A DNA stretch of 62,459 nucleotides, filler included, from Acidimicrobiia bacterium (GCA_046759765.1; 30 parts of 30 records of this genome joined end to end with filler, not necessarily neighbours in it); one strand, 5' to 3'; positions 1 through 10,150 are shown, counted from the whole stretch's first letter. Numbers and translations are program-made. The notes: generated by a model not told the origin, from the sequence alone.

Positions 1-1
1 C

Positions 2-1210
2 GTTGACGCCAGGCTGGCGGGCGACGACCAGGACCGACTGCGGACGCTGGTGGCCGGGGCTGTCGCCCGTGCTGCGGCCTACTCCGGAAGCCAAACCGAG
101 CAAGCCAAGGTGACCACCCCCTCGCACCTAACCAGGAGATCGGTCTTCACCTTCTGGACACCGGAGTATGTGGGCGCGCCTCTAATTGACCCCGGTCGCT
201 GTGTAGCCAGCCAGGGATGCAAAGCATGCGTAGAGATCTGTCCACAGGACGCATTGACATGGCGAAGGGGGCGGGTCCGGTACGACATCTCGGCCTGCGA
301 GCCCTGCGGGCGGTGCGTGACTCGATGCCCAACGGGAGCGGTCGAGAACCCGACCGTTACATCTGCGATGATCGAAGCCCAGATCCGTGCCTATGTAGCG
401 GAGTCACCACGACCCGTCGGCCTCGCCTTCATCTGTAGTCGTGGCGAAGGGCCCGAGCTAACCGGCGACTGGTTCCCGATAGAAGTGCCCTGCGCAAGCA
501 TGGCGACTTCCGCTTGGCTACTCGCTCCGCTGCTCATGGGAGCAGCGGCGGCCACAGCAATTCCATGCGGCGCGGTGGGCTGTCCCCTCCAGCAAGACGA
601 ATCCGTTGCCAGCCATAGAGCCCACGCCCGGTCGGTGCTAGATGCATTCGGTCTCTCGCCTGAGCGTGTGCCGGATGTACCAGGCTCGAGCCTCGCCGAG
701 GTGCTCTCGAAAGCGCCCCTGAGCGACCCTTTTGGTGTTCACGGCGGGGCCGAAACCGTCCTTTCGTTGTTCCGAGCAACCGACATGTCCCAGCCGATCC
801 GAGTGGACGGAGTCGGCTCACCGGTTGGTGTCATCGAGATCGACGAGGACTTATGCACCGGGTGTACGGCGTGCGTAGAGAGCTGTCCCACTGGTGCCCT
901 CTTCTCGGAGGCAGCCGATGGAATGCTAAAGATGACCTTTGATGGTTCTCTCTGCACTGCCTGCGGGCAATGCGCGCCGCCGTGTCCCGAGGCGGGAGCA
1001 ATCGCACTCCGTTACCGCACCGACACCGCTGCGTTGGCTGGAGGTTCCAGAGTCCTGTACCTCCAGCCGATTGCCACCTGCGAGATCTGCGGCAAGCCGA
1101 TCGCCTCTGAGTCCATGCTGGACCGCCTCGGCGAACTCCTGGGCGAAGACCACGCCGGAACGCTTCGGCTGATCTCGCGGAGGTGCCTCGACTGCCGAGG
1201 AGCCTGGTAG
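2..1210 (+). CDS. Polyferredoxin / multi-[4Fe-4S] protein (5' truncated)
   Basis: Several CxxCxxCxxxCP motifs (CEPCGRCVTRCP, CTGCTACVESCP, CTACGQCAPPCP) plus C-terminal CxxC pairs; frame open to the contig start. Confidence 0.85.
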   Translation, partial: VDARLAGDDQDRLRTLVAGAVARAAAYSGSQTEQAKVTTPSHLTRRSVFTFWTPEYVGAPLIDPGRCVASQGCKACVEICPQDALTWRRGRVRYDISACEPCGRCVTRCPTGAVENPTVTSAMIEAQIRAYVAESPRPVGLAFICSRGEGPELTGDWFPIEVPCASMATSAWLLAPLLMGAAAATAIPCGAVGCPLQQDESVASHRAHARSVLDAFGLSPERVPDVPGSSLAEVLSKAPLSDPFGVHGGAETVLSLFRATDMSQPIRVDGVGSPVGVIEIDEDLCTGCTACVESCPTGALFSEAADGMLKMTFDGSLCTACGQCAPPCPEAGAIALRYRTDTAALAGGSRVLYLQPIATCEICGKPIASESMLDRLGELLGEDHAGTLRLISRRCLDCRGAW

Positions 1211-1217
1211 GTGACAA

Positions 1218-1838
1218 ATGCCCGAGCTGCCTATTCCCCGTAACACGGTACGGAGACTGCCCGTTTACCTGGCTGCAACCCGAGTCCTGCAACAGGATTT
1301 CGAGTTCATAGCATCTCATCTGCTGGCCGAGGTTGCAGGCGTACATGCCGCCCAGGTGCGAAGGGATCTCTCCTACGTCGAGAAGGTGTCGCGACGCGGG
1401 CGGGGCTACGAAGTCGCGTCGCTCATCCGTGGTCTCGAAGATCTCCTTCATACCGATGAGGAGACGCCGGTGGTGATCGTAGGCGCCGGCAAACTAGGAG
1501 GGGCTGTGGCCGGTTACGAGCGCCTCGAACAAACCGGACACCGCGTTGTCGCGCTGTTCGATGTCAACCCGGCCAAGATCGGTCGCAGTGTCAACGGCGT
1601 TCCGGTTCGAGCCCTCGACGAGCTGCCGAGCGTGGTGGCTGAGAGCGGCGCGAAGATCGGAGTCGTCGCCACACCTCCAAGTGCAGGATCGGAGGCGGCC
1701 ACCCGACTCAGGGACTCGGGCATCCGCTCAATTCTCACCTTCGTCCCCATCGAAAGAGAAAATCAGACCAACGAGCACGTCCGGATGGTCGACGTCGCCA
1801 CTGAGATGCAGATACTCGACCATTACCGCGACACGTAG
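1218..1838 (+). CDS. rex: Redox-sensing transcriptional repressor Rex
   Basis: N-terminal IPRNTVRRLPVY, QVRRDLS..GRGY wHTH, and VGAGKLG Rossmann motif. Confidence 0.92.
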   Translation: MPELPIPRNTVRRLPVYLAATRVLQQDFEFIASHLLAEVAGVHAAQVRRDLSYVEKVSRRGRGYEVASLIRGLEDLLHTDEETPVVIVGAGKLGGAVAGYERLEQTGHRVVALFDVNPAKIGRSVNGVPVRALDELPSVVAESGAKIGVVATPPSAGSEAATRLRDSGIRSILTFVPIERENQTNEHVRMVDVATEMQILDHYRDT

Positions 1839-2042
1839 CGCTGACAACTCTCCGAATGCAACTCCTCTGTCACGATTTTTGACGGTTAGATCGTTTCTAT
1901 AGGCCCAAGCCGCCATCCGATCAGACGCCGATCGACAGACCGGAGGCGCATACGCGGGCGTGTGGGATCGAAACTGGCATTGGTCCCTGGTTTGGGCGCC
2001 GGTCAAGCGGGACGCTTGCCTCACCGAGAGAGGATCGAGGAC

Positions 2043-2330
2043 ATGCAGTTCCAGACCATTATTGAGCCCTTCCGTATTCACAGTGTTCAGGCGATCAGAT
2101 TCCCGGCTGAGTCCGAGCGGGAGGAGGCGTTGATTCGCGTCGGATACAACCTCTTCGGGCTGCAAAGTGATGAGGTGATCATCGACCTCCTCACCGACTC
2201 CGGGACCGGAGCAATGTCATCCCGGCAATGGGCGGGCATGATGGACGGCGACGAGTCGTACGCGGGCAGTCGGTCATTCTCCCGATTCCAAACTGCCGTG
2301 AGGGAGCTCACCGGACTCGCCGAAGTCATT
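2043..2330 (+). CDS. Tryptophanase / tyrosine phenol-lyase (3' truncated)
   Basis: EPFRIHSV..GYNLF..IDLLTDSGTGAMS..GDESYAGS beta-eliminating lyase signature. Confidence 0.9.
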
Positions 2331-2430
2331 NNNNNNNNNNNNNNNNNNNNNNNNNNNNNNNNNNNNNNNNNNNNTTAATTAATTAANNNNNNNNNNNNNN
2401 NNNNNNNNNNNNNNNNNNNNNNNNNNNNNN

Positions 2431-3064
2431 AGGCGCCCTGAGCAACGACCGCGCCGAGGTTGCCCCTCTCCGCCAAGGCCGGAAACACGGTCCGCTCAAA
2501 GGACAGTGGACCCTCCGGAAACCAGCTCATCGCCTCTTTAGTCAGGAGATAGATGCCGGCGCTGATCGTGTCGGCTGGGGCGCGCTCCGGCGACGGCTTC
2601 TCGACGAATTGAGTGACCGTGCCGTCGCTGTCTGTAACGACGACCCCGAACGAAGACGGATCGTCGACCCGGCTCAACACCAACGTCGGGCGGAACGGGC
2701 CGGCTCCAAAGACAGCAGCAAGATCCGCATCGAACAGGACATCGCCGTTGAGCGTCAAGAAGGGACCGTCCAACTTATCGAGGAGGGCACGTACCGGACC
2801 GGCCGTGTCGAGCGGATGCTCTTCAACTGCCAACGAGACGTGGGCCAGATCGGGGCGTTCCTCGAGATAGGCCTCCCAAGCTGACTGCCATGGGGCAGCA
2901 ACGGCGAGAAAGATCTGCGAGACATCGAGGTCCGCGAGCAGACGTACCTGATACTCGAAGAACGGCAGTCCGGCCACCGGGAGGAGTCCTTTGGGACGGG
3001 AATCCGTGAGCGGCCACAGGCGCGTTCCGCGGCCTCCGAGCAGCAGAACGGCCTGTTTGATCAC
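2431..3064 (-). CDS. Sugar-phosphate nucleotidyltransferase (mannose-1-P guanylyltransferase-like), 3' truncated
   Basis: LLGGRGTRLWPLT..PK, LDTAG, NGD and FVEKP motifs; GTG start overlaps the upstream stop. Confidence 0.88.
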
Positions 3065-3774
3065 CGAAGGATCATATTGCGGGGAGTAAACCGATGACGC
3101 ACGAGGGTCCAGAGGGCCGGAAATCCGTCCTTCCACGAGATCTTCTTGCCCTCGCCTGGCTCTCGACCTGCATAGCGGATCGGGACCTCCCAGATTCGAT
3201 GGCCCAGACGGAGAACTTTGGCAGTGATCTCCGGCTCGATCTCGAACCGGCTCGACTCCAGACGGAGCGAGCGGGCCAGGTCCCCGTCGAGGAGCTTGAA
3301 GCACGTTTCCATGTCCGACAGAGTCGTGTTGTAGAGCACGTTGGTCATCAGGCTCAGGAAACGATTTCCGATCCAATGCCAGAACATCATGTTGCGGCGC
3401 TCCCCCGTGAATCGGGATCCGTAGACCGCCATCGCCTGGCCCTCGATCAGAGGCCGGAGCATCGCCTCCCAGTCCCGAGGGTCGTACTCCAGATCGGCGT
3501 CATAGATGATCACGGCGTCGCCGGTGCTCGCTTCGATGCCGGCCCTGACCGCGACTCCTTTCCCCTGGTTCTGATCCCAACGTAAGACTCGAACCGTGGA
3601 GTCCCGTAGGCGCTCGATGATCTCGCCTGAGCCATCCTCAGATCCGTCATCCACAACGATCAGCTCTCGGTCGACGGGAAGATCGACCTCACGGGCCCGC
3701 CGAATCGCCTCTGCCACCGTGTTGCGCTCGTTGTAGACCGGAATGATCACCGACAGCTTCTCGTACTCCTTCAC
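3061..3774 (-). CDS. Glycosyltransferase family 2 (DPM1-like)
   Basis: SVIIPVYNE, VDDGSEDG, NQGKG, DADLEYDP, DMETCFK motifs. Confidence 0.92.
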   Translation of the reverse strand: MKEYEKLSVIIPVYNERNTVAEAIRRAREVDLPVDRELIVVDDGSEDGSGEIIERLRDSTVRVLRWDQNQGKGVAVRAGIEASTGDAVIIYDADLEYDPRDWEAMLRPLIEGQAMAVYGSRFTGERRNMMFWHWIGNRFLSLMTNVLYNTTLSDMETCFKLLDGDLARSLRLESSRFEIEPEITAKVLRLGHRIWEVPIRYAGREPGEGKKISWKDGFPALWTLVRHRFTPRNMILR

Positions 3775-4688
3775 ATAAGGCTCCGGAAGTAGTCCACGGT
3801 CAGCTCCAGACCCTCCCGCAGCCTCGTCGTTGGCTCCCACGAGAGGACCGAGCGGGCGCGAGATATGTCGGGGCATCTGCGGGCAGGATCGGCGTCCGGC
3901 AGCTCAACGTGCCGAATGCCGGTGTCGGCCACAACCTGCGCCACCATATCGGCCAGCTCCAACACGGTCATCTCTGCCGGCATACCGAGGTTCACGGGGT
4001 CTTCGTAGTCGGACTCCATAAGCCGAAGGAGCCCATCGACCAGGTCGTCCACATAGCAGAAGCTCCTGGTCTGGGTCCCCTCGCCGTAGACAGTCAGCGG
4101 TTCGCCCTTGAGAGCTTGGACGACGAAGTTCGACACGACCCTGCCGTCGCTGGGGTCCATGCCGGGTCCGTACGTGTTGAATATCCGCGCAACCCGGCTG
4201 TCGGGCACCCTTCCCGCCCGCCGGAAGGCATATACCAGCGCCTCGGCGTAGCGTTTCGCCTCGTCGTACGGTGCCCTGAGTGATGTGACCGCAACTGCCC
4301 CTCGGTAGTCCTCCTTCTGGGGATGCTCCTCGGGATCCCCATAGACTTCCGACGTTGAGGCGAGTAGGAAGCGGGTCCCCGTACCTTCCGCCAGCTCCAG
4401 CATCCTTCTCGTCCCTTCGGCTCCCGCCCTCAGGGTTTCCACCGGACGGGCCATGAACCGAGGTGGTGACGCAGGTGAAGCCAGGTGAAAAATCCGGTCG
4501 AAGGGCCCGCCGAGCGGGGGCGGGTCGATCACATCACCCTCAACTAGGCGGGCTCGGTCTGGCAGCGGGAGCGGAGAGGCAGACGAGAGATTGTCGAGCA
4601 CCACAACGTCGACACCGTCGGCGACGAGACGCTCCACGAGAACGCGCCCGAGAAACCCGGCTCCGCCGGTAACGAGGACTCTGCTCAC
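3771..4688 (-). CDS. UDP-glucuronate decarboxylase-like NAD-dependent epimerase/dehydratase
   Basis: VTGGAGFLG, HLASPASP, STSEVYGDP, YDEAKR, RIFNTYGP. Confidence 0.9.
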   Translation of the reverse strand: MSRVLVTGGAGFLGRVLVERLVADGVDVVVLDNLSSASPLPLPDRARLVEGDVIDPPPLGGPFDRIFHLASPASPPRFMARPVETLRAGAEGTRRMLELAEGTGTRFLLASTSEVYGDPEEHPQKEDYRGAVAVTSLRAPYDEAKRYAEALVYAFRRAGRVPDSRVARIFNTYGPGMDPSDGRVVSNFVVQALKGEPLTVYGEGTQTRSFCYVDDLVDGLLRLMESDYEDPVNLGMPAEMTVLELADMVAQVVADTGIRHVELPDADPARRCPDISRARSVLSWEPTTRLREGLELTVDYFRSLM

Positions 4689-4826
4689 CTGCCGATTCCT
4701 ACGTAGCGGAGCCCGAGGCGGCGGACNNNNNNNNNNNNNNNNNNNNNNNNNNNNNNNNNNNNNNNNNNNNTTAATTAATTAANNNNNNNNNNNNNNNNNN
4801 NNNNNNNNNNNNNNNNNNNNNNNNNN

Positions 4827-4884
4827 GTGGATGTCACCCTCAGAGAAACTCGCCGAAACGTTGCAATGACCCCCTGAGACCGCC
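4827..4884 (+). mobile_element. IS30-family right end (transposase C-terminus plus IR)
   Basis: WMSPSEKLAETLQ* followed by GTTGCAATGACCCCCTGAGACCGCC; matches the IS30 end at 44717-44863. Confidence 0.7.
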
Positions 4885-4899
4885 GCACATATGCGCTAC
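4885..4899 (+). repeat. dif-like repeat, right half (interrupted by IS30)
   Basis: GCAC-ATATGCGCTAC directly after the IS end. Confidence 0.85.
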
Positions 4900-5020
4900 C
4901 CGAGGTGGCGGGCTGGGAGCCACCCCTTTGCCGGATCACGCGCGGGTTCTGGGAATCTGGGAAGCTCGGGCGATGGGGGCTATCCGTGGTTCGTTTCTTG
5001 CCCGTGGATCCGATTCTTTC

Positions 5021-5060
5021 CCTATGGAGAGGGTATGTCCCCTATGGAGAGGGTATGTCC
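5021..5060. repeat. 20-bp perfect tandem duplication
   Basis: CCTATGGAGAGGGTATGTCC x2. Confidence 0.9.
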
Positions 5061-5189
5061 GATCGTCGATGGGTCCGCCTGCTAACCAATCGAGCAGGGG
5101 AGTCGACAGGGATGATCCTCAATGAGCGTGTGGTCGCCTTTTCGCTGCCAAATCGTTGAGATGTTTGCGAGACATCCCACTGTCATGGT

Positions 5190-5462
5190 TTGACGCGGCG
5201 AGAATCTTTGGGAGAGCACCAACATTCTGAGATTGCCTTGATCACCGACGCTCGGGGCCGGAAGCTGGCCCGTGCCTTGGTCGATCTTGAGACTCCATAC
5301 GAAGGCCATCCGGAGGGATGGGGTGGTTTCATCCACGCCCAGATCGTGTCGCCAGAAGTCGTGGTGAAGCTGCAGCTATCAGAAGGGCGCGCCGCGGTGG
5401 AGTCGGTCGACTCTGACACGAACCGCACTCGCATACGCGGGCTGGGTCCGGCCCCGTTCTGA
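5190..5462 (+). CDS. Small hypothetical protein
   Basis: About 90-aa ORF with protein-like composition, convergent with the kinase; no recognised motif; start uncertain. Confidence 0.45.
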   Translation: MTRRESLGEHQHSEIALITDARGRKLARALVDLETPYEGHPEGWGGFIHAQIVSPEVVVKLQLSEGRAAVESVDSDTNRTRIRGLGPAPF

Positions 5463-5540
5463 CCGGAGTCGCATCGATCCAGGATCACCGAATGTTGTGA
5501 GCGGTGTCCTCTGGTTAACCGGCTCGCGCTGGCTCCGGCG

Positions 5541-6836
5541 TCACTCAACCCGCGTTGCTCCGGTCAGCTCCGCTTCGTGTCTGTGTGCCGCCGGTTCTTC
5601 AGAAGCGACGCTCGGACCGGGGGGAAGGGTTAACTCGAACAAGCTTTGGTGCTGTTGGTATCGGTAGGTGAGGTCACCGCCCATCTTCCGAGCCAACTGT
5701 CTCGATACTGAAAGGCCCAGCCCCACTGACCCGGGTTGGCTGGTTTCGGTGTTGACCCGGAAGAAGGGAGCGAAGATGGTGTCTCGGTGCTCTTCGGGGA
5801 CGCCGTCACCATTGTCAAGGACGCGGAGCCGGACCTTTAGGTCTCCGTCTTCGATCTGGATCCGGATGTCGGAGCCTCCGTATCGTGCCGCGTTGGACAC
5901 TAGGTTGCGGATGATCTGTCGTATCCGGGCAGGATCGGCCAGAGCTTTTACTCCCTGGCCGGACACACGGAGTCGTCGGATTGCTGCATCGTCAGAATGC
6001 CACGTTTCGAGAATCTGGTTCACCTGAGCTCGGAGGTCGACCGGCGCCTGGATGACAGTCAGTTCACCGACCTCATCTCTGGCCGCCACAAGCAGATCTT
6101 CCACCAGCCCTCCTACCTCGAACGCCTCGGCCGCGATGGCAGCGATCATGGCTTCTCGTTCCTCGGGGCCGATCTCGGTGGTGCCATCAATGAGCAGCTG
6201 GGCGAACCCAGCCACCGCTGTCAGTGGGGTGCGCAGCTCGTGACTGACACTTGCCAGAAGCTCGTTCTTGTGCTCATTGGCAACGCGCAGCTCATCGATC
6301 AGGTCCTCCTGTTGTCGGCGCATGGAATGGATGCCGTGGATAGCAGATCCCAGCAGCACTCCCATTGCCCCCAAGAACACCAGCAGCGCTCCCGCGACAA
6401 GGAGCCACTGGCCAGCATCCCCGCGGTTCGCGGCTGAGCTAAAGTAAACAGCCACCAGCAGTGCGACCAGGTAGGAGAGGACCAGCAGGGCTCGACGAAG
6501 GGGAAGCAGGATCAGCGCGGCGGTCAACAGGAAGGCCAACGGAGCCGCCACAAATGCCGGCCCCCCAATCAAGAACACAGCCACCACCAGCACTGCTCCA
6601 TCGACGGCCAGGGGAATGATGGGTGAAATGCCTCGGCGGGTTCGTCGGTGAAACGCGTCCACGGCAACCACGACCAACACCGCAGCCACCAACCACAGTC
6701 CCCAGGTGCTCCACGTGACCGCCAGGATCGCCAGCGCCGCGGCCGTCACGGCCGCAGTCAGCGCCCGCACGCCGTGAAATGTGGGGGCCATCTCGCTATA
6801 CGCGACCAAAGGACCCTGCGACTGGCGAGTTCCCAT
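5541..6836 (-). CDS. Membrane sensor histidine kinase
   Basis: N-terminal TM helices; SHELRTPLT H-box, NLVSNAARY N-box, DNGDG and GLGLS G-boxes; start uncertain. Confidence 0.92.
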   Translation of the reverse strand: MGTRQSQGPLVAYSEMAPTFHGVRALTAAVTAAALAILAVTWSTWGLWLVAAVLVVVAVDAFHRRTRRGISPIIPLAVDGAVLVVAVFLIGGPAFVAAPLAFLLTAALILLPLRRALLVLSYLVALLVAVYFSSAANRGDAGQWLLVAGALLVFLGAMGVLLGSAIHGIHSMRRQQEDLIDELRVANEHKNELLASVSHELRTPLTAVAGFAQLLIDGTTEIGPEEREAMIAAIAAEAFEVGGLVEDLLVAARDEVGELTVIQAPVDLRAQVNQILETWHSDDAAIRRLRVSGQGVKALADPARIRQIIRNLVSNAARYGGSDIRIQIEDGDLKVRLRVLDNGDGVPEEHRDTIFAPFFRVNTETSQPGSVGLGLSVSRQLARKMGGDLTYRYQQHQSLFELTLPPGPSVASEEPAAHRHEAELTGATRVE

Positions 6837-6908
6837 CAAGGGGATATCGGAGCCCGCAGACCCCCTCTTAAGCGAGGACGACGTCACAGCAACGGTGATG
6901 CCAGCCTG

Positions 6909-6936
6909 ACCGCCCATATCGGCACATATGCGCTAC
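6909..6936 (+). repeat. dif-like 28-bp site (11-6-11)
   Basis: ACCGCCCATAT-CGGCAC-ATATGCGCTAC. Confidence 0.9.
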
Positions 6937-6954
6937 CCGAAGTAGACCACTGAG

Positions 6955-6984
6955 GCCGCCCATATTGAATCTCTTATGTCAAGG
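6955..6984 (+). repeat. Hybrid site: repeat left arm plus XerD-like arm
   Basis: GCCGCCCATAT-TGAATCTC-TTATGTCAAGG. Confidence 0.6.
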
Positions 6985-7274
6985 TGCCGGCGGGTATGGT
7001 GGACAGGACTGGGATGGGCCACACCTTCTGGTGGGCAGGCTCTTATTAGGTNNNNNNNNNNNNNNNNNNNNNNNNNNNNNNNNNNNNNNNNNNNNTTAAT
7101 TAATTAANNNNNNNNNNNNNNNNNNNNNNNNNNNNNNNNNNNNNNNNNNNNTGGTCCGCATCAAGATGCCGTTAAAAGTTGAAAGGGCGCACGCTTTCCT
7201 ATGGCAAATCTCGGCCTGATGGAACCAGGAAGAAGAACACGGCAAGCCGTGTCATCGCGCAACAGGGGACGCCG

Positions 7275-7820
7275 GTGAAGGCGCTTTTGGGACTCGTACG
7301 CTGGATCGACTGGCTAAACGAAAATGTCGGTCGCGCCGTCTCGTGGCTTACGCTCAGTATGGTCCTCGTAACCTTCCTGGTCGCCGCCCTGCGCTACGGG
7401 TTCAACATGGGCTGGGTATGGATGCAGGAGTCCTACGTCTGGATGCACGGGACCATATTCATGGTGGCCGTCGGCTACACGCTCCTGCATGAGGGCCACG
7501 TCCGGGTCGACATTTTCTATCGTCCGGCTAGCGATCGATATAAGGCATTGGTGGATCTGGGGGGAACGTTGTTCCTCCTGTTTCCGTCGATCGCCATCAT
7601 TTTCTGGGTTGCGCTCCCCTATCTCATCCTGTCTTGGCAGCGTCTTGAAGAGTCCCGTGAGGCCGGCGGCTTGCCGGGGCTGTTTCTCTGGAAGACCACC
7701 ATGCTCATGTTTTGCGTTCTGCTCGCGCTCCAGGGCTTGGCGATCGTGGTGCGCAGCACCCTCGTCTTGACCGGCCATCGGGAGGTCTGGCGAGAGGAGG
7801 AAAAGGGAGACATCTTCTGA
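7275..7820 (+). CDS. dctQ: TRAP transporter small permease
   Basis: 4 TM helices, HVRVDIFY motif, upstream of dctM. Confidence 0.9.
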   Translation: MKALLGLVRWIDWLNENVGRAVSWLTLSMVLVTFLVAALRYGFNMGWVWMQESYVWMHGTIFMVAVGYTLLHEGHVRVDIFYRPASDRYKALVDLGGTLFLLFPSIAIIFWVALPYLILSWQRLEESREAGGLPGLFLWKTTMLMFCVLLALQGLAIVVRSTLVLTGHREVWREEEKGDIF

Positions 7821-7821
7821 C

Positions 7822-9204
7822 ATGGATGTTGGCGGGGCCCTCAGCCTTCTTCTGTTAGGCGCAGTTTGTTTTGTCCTGCTTCTAGGCTTTCCGGTTGCGT
7901 TCACGCTCTCCGGGGTCGCGATCCTGCTCGCCCTCGTCGGCACGGCATTCGACGCCTTCAACCTCCACTTTTTCACCGCCTTGCCGTCCCGCTACTTCGG
8001 CGTGATGAACAACGAGGTCCTCGTGGCCGTGCCGTTGTTCGTCTTCATGGGCGTGATGCTCGAACGCTCGAAGGTGGCCGAGGACCTGCTGCTCACGATG
8101 GGGCAGTGCTTCGGCCGCTTGCGCAGCGGCCTTGGCCTCTCGGTGACGTTCGTCGGGATGTTGCTGGCGGCCTCGACGGGCATCGTCGGCGCAACCGTCG
8201 TCACGATGGGCTTGCTCAGCCTGCCAACGATGCTGAAGGCGGGCTATAACCCGAGGCTCGCCTGCGGCTCGATCTGTGCCGCGGGGACGTTGGGCCAGAT
8301 CATCCCGCCCTCGATCGTCCTCGTGCTCCTGGGCGACGTCCTGGCCGGCGTCTACACCGAAGCCCAGCTCGCCAAGGGCATCTTCGCGGTCGAACCGTTC
8401 TCCGTCATCGATCTGTTCGCCGGTGCCTTTATCCCAGGACTCGTGTTGGTCGCCCTCTATATGACTTGGCAGATGATTATCGGGATAGTCCGCCCCGACC
8501 ACTGCCCGCCGTTGTTCGAGGAGTCGGTCGGACGCGGCGAACTCGCTTCCCGGGTCTTCAAGGCATTGCTGCCGCCGGCATTCCTGATCGTGGCCGTGCT
8601 TGGCTCGATCCTCGGAGGGCTCGCCACCCCGACGGAGGCTGCGTCGTTCGGCGCCCTGGGGGCGATGCTGCTCGCCGCCTCGCGCCGCCAACTGAAGCTC
8701 GAGATTCTGAGGGACGTCATGCGGTCCACCACTCGGATTAGCTGCATGGTCTTCGCGATCCTCCTCGGGGCTTCCCTCTTTTCCCTGACCTTCCGAGGCT
8801 TCGGCGGCGACAGACTCGTCGAGGAATTCCTGACGGGTCTGCCGGGCGGCTTCTTCACCGCCATGGTGCTGATCATGGCCCTGATGTTCATATTGGGCTT
8901 TGTTCTCGACTTCATAGAGATCGTCTTCGTCGTCGTACCGATCGTGGCGCCGGCGCTTCTTGCGGCCGACATCAGCCCGGTGTGGTTGGGGGTGATGATC
9001 GCGGTCAATCTGCAGACGAGCTTCCTCACGCCGCCCTTCGGCTGGGCCTTGTTCTACCTGCGCGGTGTCGCGCCGGCCAGCGTCGAGACGCTGGACATTT
9101 ATCGCGGGGTTGTCCCGTTCGTCATCATCCAGCTCATGGGGCTTTGCATCCTTGGCTATTATTCCCAGCTGGCGACTTGGTTGCCCTCGGTGATTTTGGA
9201 CTGA
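7822..9204 (+). CDS. dctM: TRAP transporter large permease
   Basis: AVPLFVFMG, GTLGQIIPPS, ATPTEAA, QTSFLTPPFG. Confidence 0.95.
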   Translation: MDVGGALSLLLLGAVCFVLLLGFPVAFTLSGVAILLALVGTAFDAFNLHFFTALPSRYFGVMNNEVLVAVPLFVFMGVMLERSKVAEDLLLTMGQCFGRLRSGLGLSVTFVGMLLAASTGIVGATVVTMGLLSLPTMLKAGYNPRLACGSICAAGTLGQIIPPSIVLVLLGDVLAGVYTEAQLAKGIFAVEPFSVIDLFAGAFIPGLVLVALYMTWQMIIGIVRPDHCPPLFEESVGRGELASRVFKALLPPAFLIVAVLGSILGGLATPTEAASFGALGAMLLAASRRQLKLEILRDVMRSTTRISCMVFAILLGASLFSLTFRGFGGDRLVEEFLTGLPGGFFTAMVLIMALMFILGFVLDFIEIVFVVVPIVAPALLAADISPVWLGVMIAVNLQTSFLTPPFGWALFYLRGVAPASVETLDIYRGVVPFVIIQLMGLCILGYYSQLATWLPSVILD

Positions 9205-9316
9205 CCTATGAGCGGCGAACGATTGGAGGCGAGTATAGGAATAATTCTTTCGTTTGGTGCATAACGGAAAGGCTGAAGCACCGTACTCGAAACCCACTTA
9301 AAGCAAGGAGACAGTG

Positions 9317-9344
9317 ATGAGAAGACGCACATTCCTCAAGAAAG
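9317..9344 (+). CDS. Start of a Tat-exported protein, probably the TRAP solute-binding subunit
   Basis: AAGGAG RBS then MRRRTFLKK twin-arginine signal, following dctQM. Confidence 0.55.
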
Positions 9345-9444
9345 NNNNNNNNNNNNNNNNNNNNNNNNNNNNNNNNNNNNNNNNNNNNTTAATTAATTAA
9401 NNNNNNNNNNNNNNNNNNNNNNNNNNNNNNNNNNNNNNNNNNNN

Positions 9445-10085
9445 GCGCTGAACATGTTGATATCGTCTTCGCGGTCCTCGAAGGCGCTGACCCGGTTCGC
9501 CTGACCAAAGCCTCCAGTTCCGGCAGAGCCGCCGAACTCCAGCCGCTTGTGCCAGGCCGTCTGCCACGACCACGGCCCGGCCCCGCCCTTGACCCAGATC
9601 CCCGGGTCGTCGTCGATGTAGACCAACCCCCCGATCGGGTCCAGCGCGTAGATATCGGCGCCGACGGTGAAGGTCGAACTGATCTCAGGGAGGAGCAGGG
9701 AGAGGTTGATCCGCTCGATGTTGGGGAGGTTGCCATCGATGACCCGCTCGTCGAGCGTTCCATCCATCTCGATGGCGGTGTAGAGCGAGACCCGGTCCTT
9801 CGTCGCGGTGAAGAACAGCCGGCTCTCAACCCCGATGAGGCTGTCGTTGTCACCGAAGGACCCGAACTCCGTGATGGTCCGGAAGTTCGTGTTGTCGTTG
9901 AAGTCGAGATCCTGCACGAACATCGGCTGGAAGTCCAGGCTGGTTCCGAACTTGAAGTTGACGCCGCCCGGGGTAGTGAACTCGATCGACCCCGGCCCGA
10001 CAGGCTTGATCGCCTGAGCCATGGCGGGCGTCGCGGCGAGCACAACCAGCAAGCTGCCGCACAGCACTTCTCTTAACCGTTTCAT
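9445..10085 (-). CDS. Secreted, probable outer-membrane beta-barrel protein (3' truncated)
   Basis: Signal peptide ending AMA-QA; amphipathic strand pattern rich in aromatics and Asp. Confidence 0.55.
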
Positions 10086-10150
10086 GCTCCCTCCACTCTG
10101 TTTCGTTGGCTCGGGTGAAAGAGGTACGTCCGTCGTCGGCTAAGTCCGAT

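Noticed and set aside
1866..1886. Possible Rex operator TGTCACGATTTTTGACG downstream of rex
   Set aside because: Poor match to the TTGTGAA-N4-TTCACAA type box.
2331..2430. Recurring N-run/TTAATTAATTAA/N-run blocks throughout the window
   Set aside because: Artificial contig linkers with stops in all frames. Adjacency across them has no biological meaning, and ORFs ending in X..LIN are artefacts.
6837..6917. Kinase start at 6917 as given in the ORF track
   Set aside because: That ATG lies inside the repeat arm; a downstream start is more plausible.
7882..9297. Long antisense ORFs (also 43490-44575, 18697-19821, 16877-17782)
   Set aside because: Shadow frames of real genes in high-GC DNA, with no motifs.
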